In this document: positions 25,276 through 37,777 of the stretch, piece after piece
How the letters are laid out: the number at the start of each line of letters is the position of its first letter
Position numbering within the stretch: the stretch's first letter is position 1
Assembly: GCF_963921235.1 (NCBI RefSeq)
Contig: NC_086107.1
Coordinates: 93,498,001-93,562,000, forward strand
From: Mobula hypostoma
Taxonomy: Eukaryota
Length of the DNA: 64,000 bases
Reading direction: 5' to 3'
The notes under the pieces: generated by a model
Seen by the model: the letters and a program-made list of their open reading frames with translations, nothing else
Told to the model about the DNA's origin: nothing
Databases searched by the model: none
Position numbers and translations under genes: made by a program

Positions 25276-27125
25276 GGTTGCTTGACAAACGTCGGGAAAT
25301 ATGATTATATTAAATCATAAAGAATATTAAGTAAAATTTGCATACTTTCAACTCATGTGGGACAACAATAGATCCCAATTTCAAGGAGGTATGGTATTAT
25401 TTCTCTACTGTTGTGGAACTTTGGGAAGTTAAGAAAGATGTGCATTTACATAAACTCTGGCACTATCCATTTCAAGATGCCCTGAGTTGTTTGTAAATGA
25501 GGTCTTTTTCTAGTTTGGTCATTGTTGTAAAATGGGGAAAGATGGTGACCATTTGAGCACATCAAGTGGTTGTAAACTGCAATAAAAGCAAAAAAAATTA
25601 CAGAAATACTCAGCAGGTCAGGCAGCATCTGTGGAAAGATAAGCCAAGTTAACACTTTATTGACTTGAAACGCTAATTCGGTTTCTCCCTCCACAGATGT
25701 TGGCTGACCTGCCAAGTGTTTCCAGTGTTTTCTGATTTTATTTCAGATTTACAGCATCTGCAGTTTCTTTTTCCATTTTGATTCCCATGAACAGCAATGG
25801 AGTAACAACTAGACCATGGGCTGGGCTGCAACGATAACTCGTCAGTGCTCCCATGGAGACGTGAGGCAGCTTTAGTGTGTGGACCAGCACGTTCTGCAGA
25901 CTGCGTCCTGTGCGCCACAGTGCAGACATGTGAAATGTGCCGCAGACCTACAATTGACCCCTTGTTCCATGCTGAACACCGCACTCATTTTAACAGTGTT
26001 CCATGACATCCAAGGCAGAGGAGCAGGATGCATTTCGTATCTGGTCCTTCAACTTGTCCAAAACTGTCTCTTTTATGGAGCTTATGGAGTTCAGATCTCC
26101 TTCTGGCCCAACTCATCCATGCCACCAAGATGCCTCGTCCAAACTGGTCCTGTTTGCCAGTGTTTGACCCATATCCCTCTAAACCATAGGTTCCCAATCT
26201 GGGGTCTATGCTTGTATTTGTCCACGGCATTAAAAAAAGTTATGAACCACTGCTCCAAATCTTTGCAATCCTTGTACCTATCCAGGTGTCTTTTAAAAGT
26301 TGTCATTGTACCAACCTCAACCACTTCCTCTGGAAGCTTGCTCCTTTCTTCTTGTTAAATCTTTCCCTCTTAAAACTGTGTTCTCTAGTTCTTGAATCCC
26401 CAGTCTTGGGGAAAATGACTGAATGCATTCACCTCTGTCTATCTTGAATGGGATTGAAGATGGCATTAGTTATAGAGCACTACAGCACAAAAATGGGCCC
26501 TTTGGCCCATCTAATCTGTGCTGAACTGTTATTCTGTCTAGTCCAATCAACCTACACCTGGACCATAAGAAAGTAAGCTTTGCCAAGATTTTTGTCTCAG
26601 CCAATATTTATACTTTAATTAAAGTAATTTGTTATAAATAGTTTATTTTTAACCTTTTTTTAATAATTTACATTCTTTTTTTAAACAGTGATTATTCCCT
26701 GCTGGTACTAGAGCTCAGCTGTAACATCAAGAGCTCTGAATATTACTCACCTTCCGTTTGACTTTGTCGTCACTTTGCCCGCAAAGGCAAGAGGAGTGAG
26801 TGGTGGGTGGGATTATGGCCAATTAATCTTCCTTAATGATGTTCCTTGAGAGTTAAATTTGGTCAAAGTTCAAAGTAAGTTTATTGCCAATGTACGACTA
26901 TGTCGCCAACTACCCTGAGGTCTGTTTTTTTGCAGCCATTTACAGAAAATAAAAAACTACAATAGAATCGATTTTTTAAAAAACTACACACACAGATGGA
27001 CAAGTAACCAATGTGCAAAAGAAGACAAATTGTGCAAATAATAAAAAAGTAAATAAATAAATCAAAAGTTCAAAGGAAATTTGATATCTATGTATATGTC
27101 ACCATATATGGTACTATCCTGAAAT

Positions 27126-27796
27126 TTAATTTAGATTATGAGAACACTCAGCCCTCGTTTATTGTCATTTAGAATGCATACATGCATTAAGAAATGATAC
27201 AATGTTCCTCCAGAGTAATATCACAGAAAAACAGGTCAAACCAAAGACTAACACTGACAGAACCACATAATTATAACATATAGTTACAGCAGTGCAAAGC
27301 AATACCATAATTTGATAAAGAACAGACCATGGGCACGGTAAAAAAAAAGTCTCAAGTCCCAATCGACTCGCGATTCCCCGATAATGGCGGCAAAAGGGAG
27401 AAACTCCCTGCCATAAACCTCCAGGCACCGACAACTTGCCGATGCCTTGGAAGCACCCAACCACAGCCGAGACTGAGTCCGTCCATTTGAAAACTTCCAG
27501 CCTCCGATACAGCCTCCCGAGCGCCATCCTCTGCCGAGCACCTTCGACCTCGCCCCGGCCGCTGAAACAAGCAAAGCCGAGGATTCGGGGCCTTCAGCTC
27601 CGGAGATTCCGGTTACCACACAGTAGCAGCAGCGGCAAAGTGGGTATTTCAGAAGTTTTCCAGATGTTCCTCCGTACTCTCACGTCTGTCTCCATCAAAT
27701 CAGAATTGCGCACAGTACCCTACTTGACAGATTGACAGATATCATTCACCGGAGAGGCCGGGCGCGCTGCGTTGCACTGCCATCTTCTTCTCCTCC
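27126..27796 (-). mobile_element. Young CpG-rich non-autonomous retroelement (LINE-derived)
   Basis: Minus strand starts ggaggagaagaagatggc and ends tgacaataaa plus a short tail; it splits an older LINE 3' end (cctgaaat|...|tttcttgtgggcattc). Confidence 0.55.
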
Positions 27797-28741
27797 TTTT
27801 CTTGTGGGCATTCACAGTAGAACAAAGAAATACAAAGAATCAGTGACAAGCTACACACAAAGACAGACAAGCAACCCAATGTGCAAAAGAAGACAGACTG
27901 TGTAAATACAAATTGACCATGGATGTTGTGTCTCAGCTGTCTACACGATATGCAAGCCAGGGCAGTATGATATGGAAAGCAGGCTATTGCCCATGTAGCA
28001 GGCTCTCTCTGTCCATGCAGCTGATGAATGCAAAGGAACAAAGCGGAAAAGAGACCGATACAATTTGGCACCAGCAGTGTTGCAGGAGCTGCCAGTCAGC
28101 ATTGAACTCAGTGTAGGACAGCCTTAGGGATTCCAGCCGGATTTCCTCAGGATTTACTCCTGAACCATTCCCCGTGAGTGGATATAGCTGCAAGGCAGCG
28201 GTAGTTTGAGATCAGAGTTTCCCTTCCCCTAGATGAGCTACCAACCGTGGCTGAAAGCCCCATACTACGGAGAACATGAGTTCTTGAAAGTGAGTCCATA
28301 GGTTGTGTTCAGTAATCCACCCAGTTTTGGCATGAATGGACTTTGCCTGTGATTGATTGGGCTGTATCTATTACATCTGTGAATCGATGTTTCCATACCA
28401 GGCTATGATGCAAACAATTAGGATGCTCTCCACTGTAACAGCTACAGAAGTTTGTCAAAGTTTTTGGTGACATGCCAAATCTATGCAAACTTATGAGAAA
28501 GTGGAGATGCTATCGTGCTGCCTTTGTGATGGCACTTATCAGCTGGTCAGGTAATTTAGATTTGCTGATCCTTTCCACCTCCAATACCCTAACGAGGACT
28601 GGCTCACGGACCTCTGGTTCCTTCCTCCTGTAGCTCTTTAGGTTTGGTGACCTTGAATGAGAGGTTGTTGTTCTGGCACCACTCAACCAGCAGGTTAGGC
28701 AACATCTGCGCAGAGGAGAAACAGAGTTGATGTTACAATTC

Positions 28742-29128
28742 ATGCCACTTTCTTAGCTACACCTATACACCTGCTCATTAATGCAAATATCTAATCAGCC
28801 AATCACGTGGCAGCAAAATCTGCATAAATGCATGCAGACGCGGCCGAGAGGTTCAGTTGTTGTTCAGACTAAACATCAGAATGGGGAAGAAATGTGATCT
28901 AAGTGACTTAGACTGTTGATGGTTTGCGGTCAGAGGACAGCGGCCAGACCGGTTCAAGCTGACAGGAAGGAGACCGTAACTCACATAACCCAACATGTTA
29001 CAACGGTGGTGTGCAGAGGAGCATCTCTGAATGCACAACACATTAAACATGAAGTGGATGGGCTGCACAGCAGAGGACCACGATGGGCTACAGCAGCACA
29101 AGGTACCTAATAAAGTGGCCATTAAGTG
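28742..29128 (+). mobile_element. Internally deleted Tc1-like transposon
   Basis: ARPVQADRKETVTHITQ peptide; right TIR taataaagtggccattaagtg. Confidence 0.75.
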
Positions 29129-29989
29129 CATGTTCCCCAGGTCCTTAAAGAAGAGAGAAGTGGTAAAGTACTTCACAGATTGTTGCTACCACTGTCACTC
29201 TCCATTCTCCTTACCCCGCGTACTGCGTTGATTGGAGGAGGCAGTTGAGACTCAACTACATTAATCAGAATCATGTTTAATATCACTAGCATATATCGTG
29301 AAATTTGTTAACTTTACAGCAGCAGTACAATGTACATAATAAATGGACAGGAAAAAACTGAATTTCAAGTATCTGATAAATATACTTCCGTCCATCTGTC
29401 TTGAAGGACAGTGGGTGATGCTGATCATCATCACAAGCCTGGATGGAAGGTATGGAGATCCTGAGATGCCCAGTTGTCAAGATCCCCCTGTCGGCCCCAC
29501 CAGTGAGGTCCAAAGGAGAGCTTACGAAGCAATACGTTTGGCACCAGCTTGGTTCCAGGAGCTGCCAGAAGGATGTTCAGTGACATCCAGCCACCTTAGG
29601 GTCTCCACTCCGGATTTTCTGTCTGCGTTTACTCCCGTAGCCTTCGTCTCTCCCGAGGCTGCCCACGAGGCAGTGGGGCTATTTACCCATAGCTGGGGAT
29701 CTGGCTCACGAGCACCAGGGCGTGTCCACACACTGGTGGGACTGCGTGCTACGTGTGCGGGAGTCAGACCTCCTCCCTGTCCTCTGTAGTTCAGAGTCTG
29801 AAAGGAGTTCAGTTTCTGCGTGTCACTGTTAAGGAGGCACTACATGAGGCTTGGTGTTGGAGACGCTACGTACGGGCGGGGGGAGGCTTACACCTTCAGC
29901 TTTCTATTTCACAAGACCGTTAGCCAGCGTTGGAAGTTGAAAGTGAGAGCAATAAGCACTACCCACTACACTACCACAATACTACAATA

Positions 29990-30600
29990 CTACAATACAA
30001 TACAATAATATAAAACAAAAGCACAACAGTACCACAATAAATGCATCACAACAACCATTTTGACATCAACATTAAGTATACATATCTCTATTAAATAGCT
30101 AAGTTAAAAATAAGTAGTGCAAAAGAACAGAAATTTGAAGTAGTGAGGTAGTGTTCACGGGTTCAATGTCCATTTAGAAATTTAATGTCAGAGGGGAAGA
30201 AGCTGTTCCTGAATCACTGAGTGTGTGCCTTCAGGCTCCTGTACTTCCTTCCAGACAGTAGCAATGAGAAGAGGGGATGTCCTGGGTGGTGGGGGTCCTT
30301 AATCATGGACGCTGGCTTCCTAAGGCACCTCTCCTTGAAGATCTCTTGGATATTACGGAGGCTGGTATCCATGATAGAGATGACTAATTTTACAAGTTTC
30401 TGCAATTTATTTTGATCCTGTACGGTAGCCCCCCCCCACAGCCCCCCCCCCATACCAGACAGTGATGCAGCCAGTCAGAATGGTCTCCACGGTACATTTG
30501 TAGAAGTTTTCAAGTGCTTTAGTTGACAAACCAAATCTCCTCAAATTCCTAATGAAATATAGCCGCTGCCTTGCCTTCTTTGTAGCTGCATAAATATGTT
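29990..30600 (-). mobile_element. Rex1/Babar LINE 3' fragment
   Basis: KKARQRLYFIRNLRRFG...FYKCTVETILTGCITVWYGG; IKDPHHPGHPLFSLLLSGRKYRSLK. Confidence 0.85.
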
Positions 30601-33243
30601 GTGTCCACTGTGGGTATGAAATCATCTACAGGCCAAACCATGTATAAACGTCCGTCATACTTCCCAGTACAATGGAAGAAATCGAGAGTAGGTCTCGAGG
30701 CTTGAACCTTATTATCTACCTGTATTGCACTTTCTCTGTAGCTGTTACACATTATTCTACATTGTTCAGAGTAACACACACACACACACACACACAAAAT
30801 GCTGGAGGAACTCAGCCAGTCAGACAGCACCTATGGAGAGGAATAAACAGTCGACATTTTGGGCTGAGATTCTTCACCAGGACCCTTCTTCAGGTGGAGA
30901 AATCATGAGATTCAATCCCCTCAGGGTGAAGGAACTTCTTCAGGCCTGGAACATCGACTGTTTATTCCCCTGCTGAGTTCCTCCAGCATCTGCAGAATCC
31001 CTTGTGTTTAACATTCTACATTTTTATTGTTTTACCTTATTCTGCCTCAATGCACCATGTAATGATTTGATCTGTGTGAACAGTATGCAAGACAAGCTTT
31101 TCACTGTATCTCAGCACCTGTGATAATAATAAACCAATACCAATTCACGACCTCTTTTGTCTGGTCCACCATTCAGTAAGGTGATGGCTGAGCTCCACAC
31201 TGATCCATCCCTTGAATTCTGAAAATATTTAAAACTCCATCAATCCCTTTGCTTCATGTTTGGGATGTGAGTGTTGCCGGCAAGACCAGCGGTTATCGTC
31301 TTATCCTTCGTTGTCCTGAAGAAGGGGACGATGAGCGACTGCCTTAAACTGCTGCACACGTTTATTTATTTAGAGATAAAGTGTGGAACAGGCCATTCTG
31401 GCCCAACAAGCCGCACCGCCCAGCAGCCCACCTGTTTAACCCTAGAACGAACGAGAAAATCCGAGCAACACACACAAAACGCTGGAGGGTCACAGCGGGC
31501 CAGGCAGCATCCATGGAAAAAGGGATAGTCCACGTTTCAGGCCGAGACCCTTCGGCAGGACTGGAGGGAAAAAAGATGAGTCATCTTAGCCCTAGCCTAA
31601 TCACAAGGGCAATTTACATTGACCAAGTAACCTACTAACCGGTATGTCTTTGGACTGTGGGAGGAATCCAGAGCACCCGGAGGAAACCCACGCACCCATG
31701 GGAAGAACATACAAACTTCTTATAGGCAGCAATGGAATTGAACTTCAAACTCCACCGCAAGCTGTAATAGGATTGCACTCACTACGTGGCACCCATTCTA
31801 GGGAAGGTTCTCTAGGAGGGCAATGGTGGGGGAGGGGAGGATCCCCAGGAATTCGATGTAGTGGTGATAAAAGATAATATATTCCAAGTCAGCTGGAAGG
31901 GAACGCCCAAGGAGGTGGCATCCCAATGACAACTAGTGTAATGTTATTAAGTGCCAGCTACCAAGTTCAGTTCTGTAAGGATGTCTTCAGTCCTTTACCA
32001 TTTTCATCTATTACCTCCCAGCTTCTCACTTAATTCCCCTCCCCGACCCACCTACTTGCCCCCTCTCCTTGTCTCACCTATCACCTTCCCTCTGCCGACC
32101 TTCCCATTCTGGCTTCTGCCCCCTTCCTTTCCAGTCCTGGGGAAGTGTCTCGGCCCAAACCGTTAACAATTTATTCCTTTCCATCGATGCTGTCTGACCT
32201 GCGAGTTCCTCCAGCACCTTGTTCTTGTATGACTACAAGCTTCAATGGGCTGAATGGCCTAGTTCTGCTCGTATGTCTTATGGTCTTTGATCTGACCTGT
32301 TGGTTCTGAGATCTCCCAATTTATTGAGTGCTCACCGACAGAGCCCTCCGCCCTTTGGGTGGAAAATGCTGAACATGTACTCCCCTCAGTGTGAAGAATT
32401 TTCTTTTAATTCTCTGCCATACCCCATCCCAGAAACCAAACGGGTGAGCCTTTGCTGTATTCCCTCTGTTACAAGTATAGCCTTCCTTGGGCTGAGAGAC
32501 CAGAACTTTGCACCATATTTCAGCATGATGTAATCACACCAGAGCCCTATATAATTAGAATAAATTTGTGTTTCAGATGGACTTTTACAATAATCCCCAG
32601 TCTTGTGGTTAATATTGTTAGCTTTATTTTAATTCCAGTTTCACTTATATGAATTAAAATTCCCCAACTGCTACAGTCGGGATTGATCTCAGATCAGAAT
32701 CAGTATCAGGCTTATCATAGATTGTCTTAGATGGTGTGAAATTTGCTGCTGCGACATAAAATTGTAAAGACATAAAATTACTATAAAATACAAATTATAC
32801 ACTCAGTGGCCCTTTTCAGCCAAAAATGTGGCAGCAACTCAATATATAAAAACATGCAGAAATGGTCAAGAAGTTCATTTGTTGTTCAGGCCAAACATCA
32901 TATGGGGAAGGATTGTGATCTAAGTGATTTTTAACTGTGGAATAATTGTTGGTGCCAGACAGGGTGGTTTGGGTATCTCAGAAACTGATGATCTCCTGAG
33001 ATTTTCATGCACAACTAGTGAGTGGCGGTTCTGTGGGCAAAAATGCCTTGTTAATGAGAGAGGTCAGAGGAGAATGGCCAGACTAGTTCAAGCTGACAGG
33101 AAGGCGACAGTAACTCAAATAACTCATGTTACAACAGTGATGCGCAGAAGAGCACGTCTGAACATACAACACATTGAACCTTGAAGTGGATGGGCTACAG
33201 CAGCAGAAGACCATGAACATACACTCAGTATCCACTTCATTAG

Positions 33244-33889
33244 TGAATCCCCTCTCTTCCCGGGCGTCTCAAGAAACAGCTCGTTAGCCCTTGCTGGCAG
33301 TCTCCCAACTCAGCGCCGAGAAACCCACCACACACTGCATACAATTAAAGGAAGTATATTTATGAATATTAACAACTAAAGAGTTATTAAAGAAAATAAA
33401 GGGAAAAAACAAAAAAAAGCACATTATAATTAAACAGTCATGTGTGCACAGGTTGGTGCTCAAAACTTCCACAAGTCCTGACGAAGGGTCTCGGCCCGAA
33501 ACGTCGACTGTACCTCTTCCTATAGATGCTGCCTGGCCTGCTGCGTTCACCAGCATTTTTTGTGCGTGTTGTTCCAAAAGTCATATTCACCGATCCTCAG
33601 TCGACTCCCACACCTTGCTCCATCGAATCACAGTCCCCACCGGATCGAATCCTACAGCCAATTCTCTCCAGCATCTTCTCTCTTCATCTCCCACTGAACC
33701 AAGACAAAGGTTCATACTGGTGTCAGGCACAAAAAAAACCCCGCTTCCCCAGCCTTCTCTCCTGATTGGATGGCCCAGGTTCCTAAGCACCCATTATCTG
33801 TAACAATAGCCCAAATACTGCTTCTGCAGAAAGACCATTGCATGAAACACCCTACAACGTTAGCTGTGAAATCTTTATCAGGTGTTACA
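33244..33889 (-). mobile_element. Solo LTR (Gypsy- or ERV1-type)
   Basis: TG...CA termini; 4-bp TSD TTAG at 33240-33243 and 33890-33893; minus strand starts tgtaacacc and has CCAAT and a polyA-like signal followed by GT-rich sequence. Confidence 0.7.
33474..33509 (+). ncRNA. Intact minimal type I hammerhead ribozyme (PLE-associated)
   Basis: AGUC-CUGACGA-A-GGG(ucucgg)CCC-GAAA-CGUC^GACU: both core boxes, stem I AGUC/GACU, stem II GGG/CCC, palindromic ACGU stem III; predicted cleavage after C33505. Confidence 0.8.
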
Positions 33890-34307
33890 TTAGGTACAGG
33901 AGGTAGCTAATAAAGTGGCCACTAAGTGTAATTTGAAAAAGTACTTAATTTCCTAGGAAGCACTTTGAAACATCTGGAAAGGTGTGTGACAGATATTATT
34001 TAAATCCAAGTCTCTCTTCCCTTGCTGTGGTAATGAAGATACCAGCTAATTTAAAATCAACAGGGCAACATCTCCACAACCAGGATTGTTGGATACACAC
34101 TTTAAGCTCAACATCATGCTCCAGATAGAGAGCAATTATTGGCAAACTAATTGGATATATCAGCGGGGGATTGCTCCCAGCAGAAAAATTATAGAACAGG
34201 ATTGTTACTAATGCAGTGAGATTTACTCCCGTGCCAGATGTGGGATTGGCAACCACGTTCTATATCAAAGTTTCTCAGTGCCACCCAACCAAACTGTGAG
34301 AATTGTA

Positions 34308-34925
34308 CTCAGTGGCCACTTTATTAGGTACCTCCTAATCCCAGGAGATCAGCAGTTACTGAGATACTCAGACCACCCTTTCTGACACCAACTCAACCAT
34401 CAACCATCAGGCTCTTGAACCAAAGGGGATAACTTCACTTGCCCCATCATTGAAATGTTCCCACAACCAATGGATTCACTCTCAAAAACGTTTCATCTCA
34501 TGTTCTTGATATTTATAGCTTATTTATATATTTTTATTATTTCTTTGTTTTTGTATTTGCAGAGTTTGTTGTCTTCTGCACTCTGGATGAATGCCCAAGT
34601 TGGGCGGTCTTTCAGTGATTCTATAGTGGTTATTATTCTATAGATTTATTGAGTATGCCCACAAGAAAATGAATCTCAGGGTTGTATATGATGACATATC
34701 TGTACTTTGATGATAAATTTATTTTGAACTTACAGCAATCGTTCCACGGTCAAAGTCACTTAGATCGCCTTTCTCCTCCATTCTGAAGTTTGGTTTGAAC
34801 AACAACTGACCTCTTGGCCAAGTCTGCATGCTTTTATGACATGCATTTTATGCCACACGATTGGCTGATTGGATATTTGCATTAATGAGGTGTACAGGAG
34901 TACTTAATAAAGCGGCCACTGAGTG
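34308..34925 (-). mobile_element. Tc1-like deleted element with a LINE 3' end inserted (~34395-34730)
   Basis: TIRs ctcagtggccactttattaggtac / ttaataaagcggccactgagtg-TA. Confidence 0.75.
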
Positions 34926-37580
34926 TAAATTCAACACGTATGGCAATTTACACACAAAAGGAAATATATCCCTGTAAATTGTTGGATTGTCACCTAAACC
35001 CAGATGGTTCATGATGGTCTGGAAGTTGAGATCTGATCTGCGAATCTCTGTGAGTCCACTGGGAAAGTTGAAGCTCAATGTCTATGAATCTGTGTTTGCT
35101 GGAGGCCAAAGCAGCCAGTCCTGGGGTTGGCGGACTGTGTGGCTGGGCAGGAAGGTGGAACGGTGCATGTTTACCGTTGTCGTTTTGTCACTTGTTGGGT
35201 GCTCTGCTGTCCTGCTGAGCATAATACGTTGCCACTGCAATGTGTGGTGACAGTTGTGGGCTGTGACAGCAGAGCCTCGGTAAGGGGGCTCACTTGCCCA
35301 TCACCTCCCCCTGGTGTCCCCCCTCCTTCCCTTTCTCCCATGGTCCACTCTCCTCTCCTGTCAGCTTCCTTCTTCTTCAGCCCTTTCCATTTCCACCTAT
35401 TGCCACCCAGCTCCTAACTTCATCCCACCCTGCCACTAGCCCATCTGGGAGTGTACTGTTTGTCACCTCAAATGCCACATTTCACTGAGTACGTGTGATA
35501 GATAATCTAAATCTTGAAGTTAACAGAAAGAACCTAGTAACCCATACCCTAGATCCAACAAACACAAGAGTCCAATATATCATCATGATCAAAGCATTTT
35601 GATCAAATCATATTTGATTATCTGCTGTGTTGACCCCTGTAAGTGGTTTGTAAGTTTCAATCATCATCTCTCATCCTTCTACACTCCAGAGAATAAGGGC
35701 TTTACTCAATCTCTCCCCATAAGGTAAAACTCACCATCTCAGGACTCAGTCTGGATGAAGGGCTGGAGAAATGAAAGGTTTTTTTTTTAGGTCTGCCTGA
35801 TATTGAATTCTGCAGAGCACAACCTTGGTGATCTATCCAGTTTACAGCTGACATGACTGTTATTGCAATGCTAGTAAAAAGATGCCGGAATAGATTCCAT
35901 GCCATTATTGGAAGCACAAAACCCTTCAATATTGTCTCTGTAATGCCTCGATGACAATTAAATAACCAGCAGCAACAACATGTGCCATTTTTAACATAGT
36001 ATATCATCCCAAGGAGGGTTATCAGGCTAAAGGACAGATGACTAAGGGTTTGGCCAAAGAGGAAGCTTCTAGAGAGCAGTTAGATAAGATTAGATTTACT
36101 AGTCACATGCAGTGAAATGTGTTGTTTTACGTCAATGACCAACACATTATGGAGGGAAAATGAATCTGTAAATGAATTTTGTTTATTCTAACGTTTTATA
36201 CCTGGTTTACTGGTGATGTTCATAACAGGCACTGTAATCTTCTTGGCTCTGATTAGCTTCAATCTGTTTGTCACACGTACATCAAAACCTTCGGTGAAAT
36301 GCGTTGTCTGTGTCAACGACCCAGACAGTCCAAGGATGCGCTGGGGCAGCCTGCCAGTATCGCCAACAAAGCATGCCTACAGTTTACTAGCCCTAACCTG
36401 TATGTCTTTGGAATATGGGAGGAAACCAAAGCATCTAGCCAAAACCCATGTGGTCACGGGGGAGGACATGCAAAATTGAACTCCAGTCACCGACACTGTA
36501 AAAGCATTGTGCTAACTGCTGTTCTCTGGAATTCCCATCCTTAAATGTCTGCCTTTCAACTCCATCCTCTTTTCCTATACGACACCTTCAACTATGACCA
36601 AGACTTTGATCATCATTGTTCAGTTTGAACTAAACATGTTATCGAAGCCCGAAGTCCGATCGGAGGTCTGGAAGTTGAGGCCTGGTGACTGGAGCCCGAC
36701 TTGAGTCCATTGGAGGCCAACGAGGATGGCTTGCCCTGGGGTTGGAGGATTGTGCGTGTGTGTGCGTGGCTGGGTGGGAGATAGGAACGAGGCCTGTTTT
36801 TGCCGCTGCTGTGTTCTGCTGAACATTGTACGCCTGATACGTCAGCCCTGGAACGTGTGGCAACACTTGCGGGCTGCCCCCCAGCACAGCCTCGGACTGT
36901 GTTGGTCGCTGACGCAAATGGTACATTTCACCATATCTTTTGATGTACGCGTGACAAATAAAGCTAATCTTTGATTTTTTTTTCTCTCTCTCTGAAACAC
37001 CAAACAACAGAGAGCATGCTTTTAAGGATAGAGGGGTGAGGTGATGGGCATGGTTTTTAGCAGTGCCTGGAATGGGTTGTCAGGGGTGGTAGTGGAAACG
37101 GGCATTTTGGTGGAGATTAAAAGACTTTAAGATAGATACATCAATCTGAAGGAATAGAAGGGATATGGATGATACACAGGAGGATATTTCGTCTAAATTG
37201 TCATCAAGATTGGTACAATATCATAGACCAATTGGCCTGTCCAGTGCTGTACTGTTGTACAGTCCATCTCTCACATTCATCTGAAACAGCTGACAGGAAC
37301 TTGGTCAAAAGCATCATGCAAACAATGATACTTCCATTACTTCAGCACTGCACTGGTGTTTCTGACATGGGGCTTGAGCTCTTGACCTGTGACACCAAAG
37401 TGAGAGAGACTGCAAGGCCTCAGGGGTTAAAGTCAGCACTTCAGCTGAGTGAAGGTCAAGGGTGCTCACCTGCATCACAAGCGAAGTAGGGCTAATCGTA
37501 AAGGAGGGAACTGCTGTCTATAACTTGTATTACACAGGCAGAGAGAGAGACAGGGCAGCTAAACATACAGAGAGAGAGAC

Positions 37581-37745
37581 AAGCAACACCCACAAAAAAT
37601 GCTGGTGAACACAGCAGGCCAGGCAGCATCTATAGGAAGAGGTACAGTCGATGTTTCGGGCTGGGACCCAAACGTCAACTGTACCTCTTCCTATAGATGC
37701 TGCCTGGCCTGCTGTGTTCACCAGCATTTTTTGTGTGTGTTGCTT
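37581..37745. mobile_element. Near-perfect fold-back PLE-end hairpin
   Basis: aagcaacac...gctggtgaacacagcaggccaggcagcatctataggaagaggtacagt followed by its near-exact reverse complement. Confidence 0.9.
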
Positions 37746-37777
37746 GAATTTCCAGCATCTGTAGATTTCCTCATGTC

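Larger units (their letters stand above)
32800..33928 (+). mobile_element. Tc1-like deleted element hosting a solo LTR
   Basis: TA|cactcagtggc...aataaagtggccactaagtg|TA; ORF IVGARQGGLGISET...RGQRRMARLVQADRKATVTQIT. Confidence 0.8.

Noticed and set aside
26751..26845. Minus-strand coding exon ending at a strong aag|gtgagt donor
   Set aside because: All three frames contain stops from the upstream acceptor tested (tctcaag at ~26845).
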